Made by a program: the position numbers and the translations under genes. Shown here piece by piece: positions 61,230-64,000 of a stretch of DNA of 64,000 nucleotides; position 1 is the first letter of the stretch; every line of letters begins with the position of its first letter. This DNA is from Verrucomicrobiales bacterium. GTDB taxonomy: Bacteria; Verrucomicrobiota; Verrucomicrobiia; Limisphaerales; CANJXF01. The stretch lies in the NCBI GenBank assembly GCA_947478865.1, contig CANJXF010000005.1, forward strand, positions 9,846-73,845. Direction: 5' to 3'. The notes under the pieces were generated by a model that saw only the letters and a program-made list of their open reading frames with translations, was not told the DNA's origin and ran no database searches.

Positions 61230-61739
61230 ATGCGATTCTGTGCTTCATTCAGCCTTTTTGCTGCGGTCCTTTTGACGGGCTGCGCCGGATATCGACTCGG
61301 CCCTACCAACGGTCTGAGAGCGGGAGAGAAATCGGTGCAGGTAAACCCGTTTGTTAATTCAACTCTCGAACCGCGCTTGAGCGAACCGATCACGTTGGAG
61401 GTGCGCAAACGCCTGCAGCAGGATGGGACGTATAGACTGGCCTCACACGATGATGGCGACCTCATTGTGAGTGGCGTCATTACGCGCTTCGTCCGAAGTC
61501 CGCTCTCGTTTCAACCGAACGACGTCCTGACCGTCCGCGATTATAATCTGACCATTTCCGCGCAGATCGTAGCCGTCGAGCGCAGCACTGGGAAAACGAA
61601 CGTGAACCGGATCGTGCGCGGTCGCACCACGGTGCGTGTCGGCAATGATTTGGGAAGCGCGGAACGTCAGGCCATCCCGCTCGTGGCCGCCGACCTGGGT
61701 AGAAACGCCGCTGCCGCCATCGCCGACGGGACCTGGTAA
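61230..61739 (+). CDS. lptE: LptE-like lipoprotein
   Basis: It starts 1 nt after the BamD-like stop and has the lipobox AVLLTGCAGYRLG. The GC-x-Y-x-L start, the about 150-aa size and the alternating beta pattern match the LptE family. Confidence 0.55.
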   Translation: MRFCASFSLFAAVLLTGCAGYRLGPTNGLRAGEKSVQVNPFVNSTLEPRLSEPITLEVRKRLQQDGTYRLASHDDGDLIVSGVITRFVRSPLSFQPNDVLTVRDYNLTISAQIVAVERSTGKTNVNRIVRGRTTVRVGNDLGSAERQAIPLVAADLGRNAAAAIADGTW

Positions 61740-61880
61740 TTCTTCATGCGATCTGCAACGAAGTCCGACGCCCTTTCCCACGCTCAAGAGCCTCAGTCTT
61801 AACGGTTAATTTTTCTACTGGTCAATCAAACCAAATTCAGTGGTGACAATCTGCTCGATCACAACCCATTCTTTGCGCCT

Positions 61881-63119
61881 TTGATGAAGCGACAATTTTT
61901 TATTCTCATCCTTTCAGCCTGCACAGCATGGGCCGGCGATTGGCCGCAATGGCTGGGCCCGACGCGCAACAATCGCGTGGCTGCCGACGAAAAAAACTTG
62001 GACAAACTGCCAGCGGATTTAAAGCCCGTTTGGAAAATCAGCGCGGGCGGCGGGTTCTCTTCGCCCGTTGTTTCGAGCAACAGACTTTTTTACTTCGACG
62101 AAAACGGCCAAAAAGAAGTCGTTCACGGAATCGACGCGAGCACAGGAAAGGAACTTTGGCAGGCGCCCATCGCGGAACGCTATGCCGACGAGTGGGGAGC
62201 GGGACCGCGCAGCACGCCATTCGTCGATGGAGATCGCGTTTATGTCCAATCCTGCAATGGCGAATTCCGCTGCTTGAACGTGGCCGATGGCAAGGTGATC
62301 TGGGGCACCAGTTTCGAAAAAGACTTCGGCGTGAAATTCCTCGGCAGCAAAGCCGCGGAAGGAACCGCCTCCCGCCGAGGACACAACGGCTCCGGCATGG
62401 TGGACGGCGATGCGGTGGTATTACCGGTCGGCAGCATCAATGGCGCAACCTTGGTTTGCTTCGACAAACTCAGCGGCAAAATTATTTGGAAATCCGGCAC
62501 GGATGAGACGGCTTATTCATCCCTCCAGATCGCGACCGTCGGCGGAGTAAGACAGGTGATCGTTCTCGCCGCTGATGCATTGGTGAGTGTTGATCGCGCC
62601 AACGGCCAACCACTCTGGCGCATTCCATTGACGACTTACGCCAAGCGTCATGCGGCGACGCCAGTGATTTCTGGCGATAATATTTTTGTGAACTCCCACA
62701 CCTTTGGATTGCTTAGCCTTTTGATCACCAGGGAGGGAGCGGGGTGGAAAACCGCCACGCGTTGGGAAAATAAAAACTTAATGATTAACCTCTCCACGCC
62801 CGTGATCGAGGGCAATTCCCTCTACAGCCAGGGCCCCGGAAAGGATTTTATCTGTGCCGACACGAAGAGCGGCGAATTGAAATGGAGCCAGCCGGGCTTT
62901 GGAAAAATCAATGCCTCCACCATCGTCGTTGGCGGCAAATTGCTTTTTGTGACGGACACCGGCGAATTGGTTTTGATCGCGGCAAGCGCCGAGAAATATA
63001 CGGAACTCGGCCGGGCTCAGGTTTGCGGAAAAACGTGGAACTTCCCGGCTTATGCGAACGGCAAGATCTACCTACGCGATAGCCGTGAATTGATCTGCTA
63101 CGACTTGAGCAAGGGTTAG
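61881..63119 (+). CDS. PQQ-like beta-propeller repeat protein (BamB-like)
   Basis: The signal peptide is MMKRQFFILILSACTAWA, followed by GDWPQWLGPTRNN. Recurrent blades follow (SSPVVSSNRLFYFD, STPFVDGDRVYVQ, ATPVISGDNIFV, STPVIEGNSLY, NGKIYLRD). Confidence 0.8.
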   Translation: MMKRQFFILILSACTAWAGDWPQWLGPTRNNRVAADEKNLDKLPADLKPVWKISAGGGFSSPVVSSNRLFYFDENGQKEVVHGIDASTGKELWQAPIAERYADEWGAGPRSTPFVDGDRVYVQSCNGEFRCLNVADGKVIWGTSFEKDFGVKFLGSKAAEGTASRRGHNGSGMVDGDAVVLPVGSINGATLVCFDKLSGKIIWKSGTDETAYSSLQIATVGGVRQVIVLAADALVSVDRANGQPLWRIPLTTYAKRHAATPVISGDNIFVNSHTFGLLSLLITREGAGWKTATRWENKNLMINLSTPVIEGNSLYSQGPGKDFICADTKSGELKWSQPGFGKINASTIVVGGKLLFVTDTGELVLIAASAEKYTELGRAQVCGKTWNFPAYANGKIYLRDSRELICYDLSKG

Positions 63120-63204
63120 TCTGATTATTTCCCGAAAACTTAGGCCCTCAGGAAGACCAACCGGCGGGATTAATTGATAATTGATTTGGGTTCCTTGCCA
63201 GATG

Positions 63205-63660
63205 TCACCACAGGAAAGATTTTTGTTCCGCCACTAATTTCGTGCCGTCCCAAAGAGTGGCGCGCCAGCCAACGAGATTGCCAATTTTTTTGTAATCAGC
63301 ACCGCGTAGGTCCAGAAAAGACCAATGGCTGAACCAGCCTGTTTTCTTCACGGATATTTCTATGGTCGTCGAATTCAACTCGGTGCTATTCGATCCCCTT
63401 AACTCGATTCGCAGAACCAGCGGCTGGCCGCGAGGCGCGTTCCAGAGGACGGCAAAGCGCAGCCCGTCGCATTGGTCTGAATGGGTGCGCAAGAAATGTT
63501 GGTAAGCGTCGCGTTCGTAGAGACTCGGCAACAGAGAGGTGCGCCCCGCCGTATCAATCAATTGCGGCAAAACCTTTTTAATTGAACTACTCGCGGCGAA
63601 GGTCGAGTTGTTCAGCGCAAAGGCGAACGCCAGAATCACAGCAAACTTGATGAGTCGCAT
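63205..63660 (-). CDS. hypothetical secreted protein
   Basis: This is ORF 63205..63702, with the likely start at ATG 63660 (signal MRLIKFAVILAFAFALNNSTFA). I recognise no motif. Confidence 0.5.
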   Translation of the reverse strand: MRLIKFAVILAFAFALNNSTFAASSSIKKVLPQLIDTAGRTSLLPSLYERDAYQHFLRTHSDQCDGLRFAVLWNAPRGQPLVLRIELRGSNSTELNSTTIEISVKKTGWFSHWSFLDLRGADYKKIGNLVGWRATLWDGTKLVAEQKSFLW

Positions 63661-63734
63661 GGCAGAAAATTTAACAACTCGGGGTTGAAACAAGAAGGGC
63701 AAAACTCAATTGCCGCATTTTTGGCCGAAAGAAT

Positions 63735-64000
63735 TTATTGGCCCGGCTTCTCCAGAGCGGGTGCGGCCGGTTCTTTCTCGGGCGAAATAATTTTCTTCAA
63801 CGGCTTCATAATCGAGTGAAAGGGCCGCAACGGAACCATCAGGAAACTCGGAATGTAAACCGGCTCGCTGACGGGATGGCTCAAATTGCCGGTCACGCGC
63901 CAGGCGAGGATCTTGCTGATCGGAGTCAGCGCCAGGCTGACCAGCGGGCCGATCACCCAGGTATCGTGCAGCAGTTCCGCCTCGACCCGTGCCTCGACCC
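63735..64000 (-). CDS. C-terminal end of a larger AsmA/YhdP-like protein (5' part outside the window)
   Basis: The reverse-strand frame stays open upstream of the listed start to the window edge (..VEARVEAELLHDTWVIGPLVSL..). The block AWRVTGNLSHPVSEPVYIP resembles the conserved C-terminal motif of AsmA-family proteins. Confidence 0.45.
   Translation of the reverse strand, partial: VEARVEAELLHDTWVIGPLVSLALTPISKILAWRVTGNLSHPVSEPVYIPSFLMVPLRPFHSIMKPLKKIISPEKEPAAPALEKPGQ

Overview
This 64 kb window looks like a gene-dense, mostly housekeeping chromosomal segment from a PVC-superphylum bacterium, most likely Verrucomicrobiota. All family calls rest on motifs I recognised by eye, because no BLAST or HMM search was possible. 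The lineage markers are:
- a prepilin-type N-terminal methylation / DUF1559-like protein
- a stand-alone PSCyt1 (planctomycete cytochrome c) domain
- a CxPxR sulfatase
- a Tat-exported Gfo/Idh/MocA oxidoreductase
- a GldA/F/G-like ABC-2 system followed by DUF4340
- an ECF sigma factor fused to a membrane extension
- a Rieske protein plus a cytochrome b / dihaem c fusion

I support about 58 protein-coding genes. Confident housekeeping calls are xylA, pgi, mnmG, dnaK, groES, groEL, purM, dnaN, proC, prfA, rpmE, prmC and murA. I also call one decayed gene, several intrinsic terminators and two candidate promoters. I saw no rRNA, tRNA, CRISPR array, transposase, integrase or prophage signature.

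Many gene pairs are translationally coupled through ATGA or GTGA overlaps: 3088/3091, 4008/4011, 8247/8250, 10895/10898, 28311/28314 and 59212/59215.

The observations most worth follow-up are:
1. A GalU-like gene tightly followed by a 1109-aa protein. That protein joins an unrecognised N-terminal region, a GHMP-kinase-like core with a degenerate phosphate loop, and a UDPGP-type nucleotidyltransferase.
2. A four-gene lipoprotein / MMPL exporter / LpxL-type acyltransferase / LolA-like operon. It resembles the export half of aryl-polyene-type clusters but has no adjacent biosynthetic genes.
3. A near-consensus sigma-54 -24/-12 element about 40 nt upstream of dnaK, with no CIRCE element.
4. An Ada/Ogt-type methyltransferase pseudogene with at least four frame disruptions, hidden under a spurious 147-aa ORF.
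5. A strong sigma-70-like promoter placed so that the TerC mRNA would be leaderless.

I found no convincing defence or mobile system, and I say so rather than forcing one.
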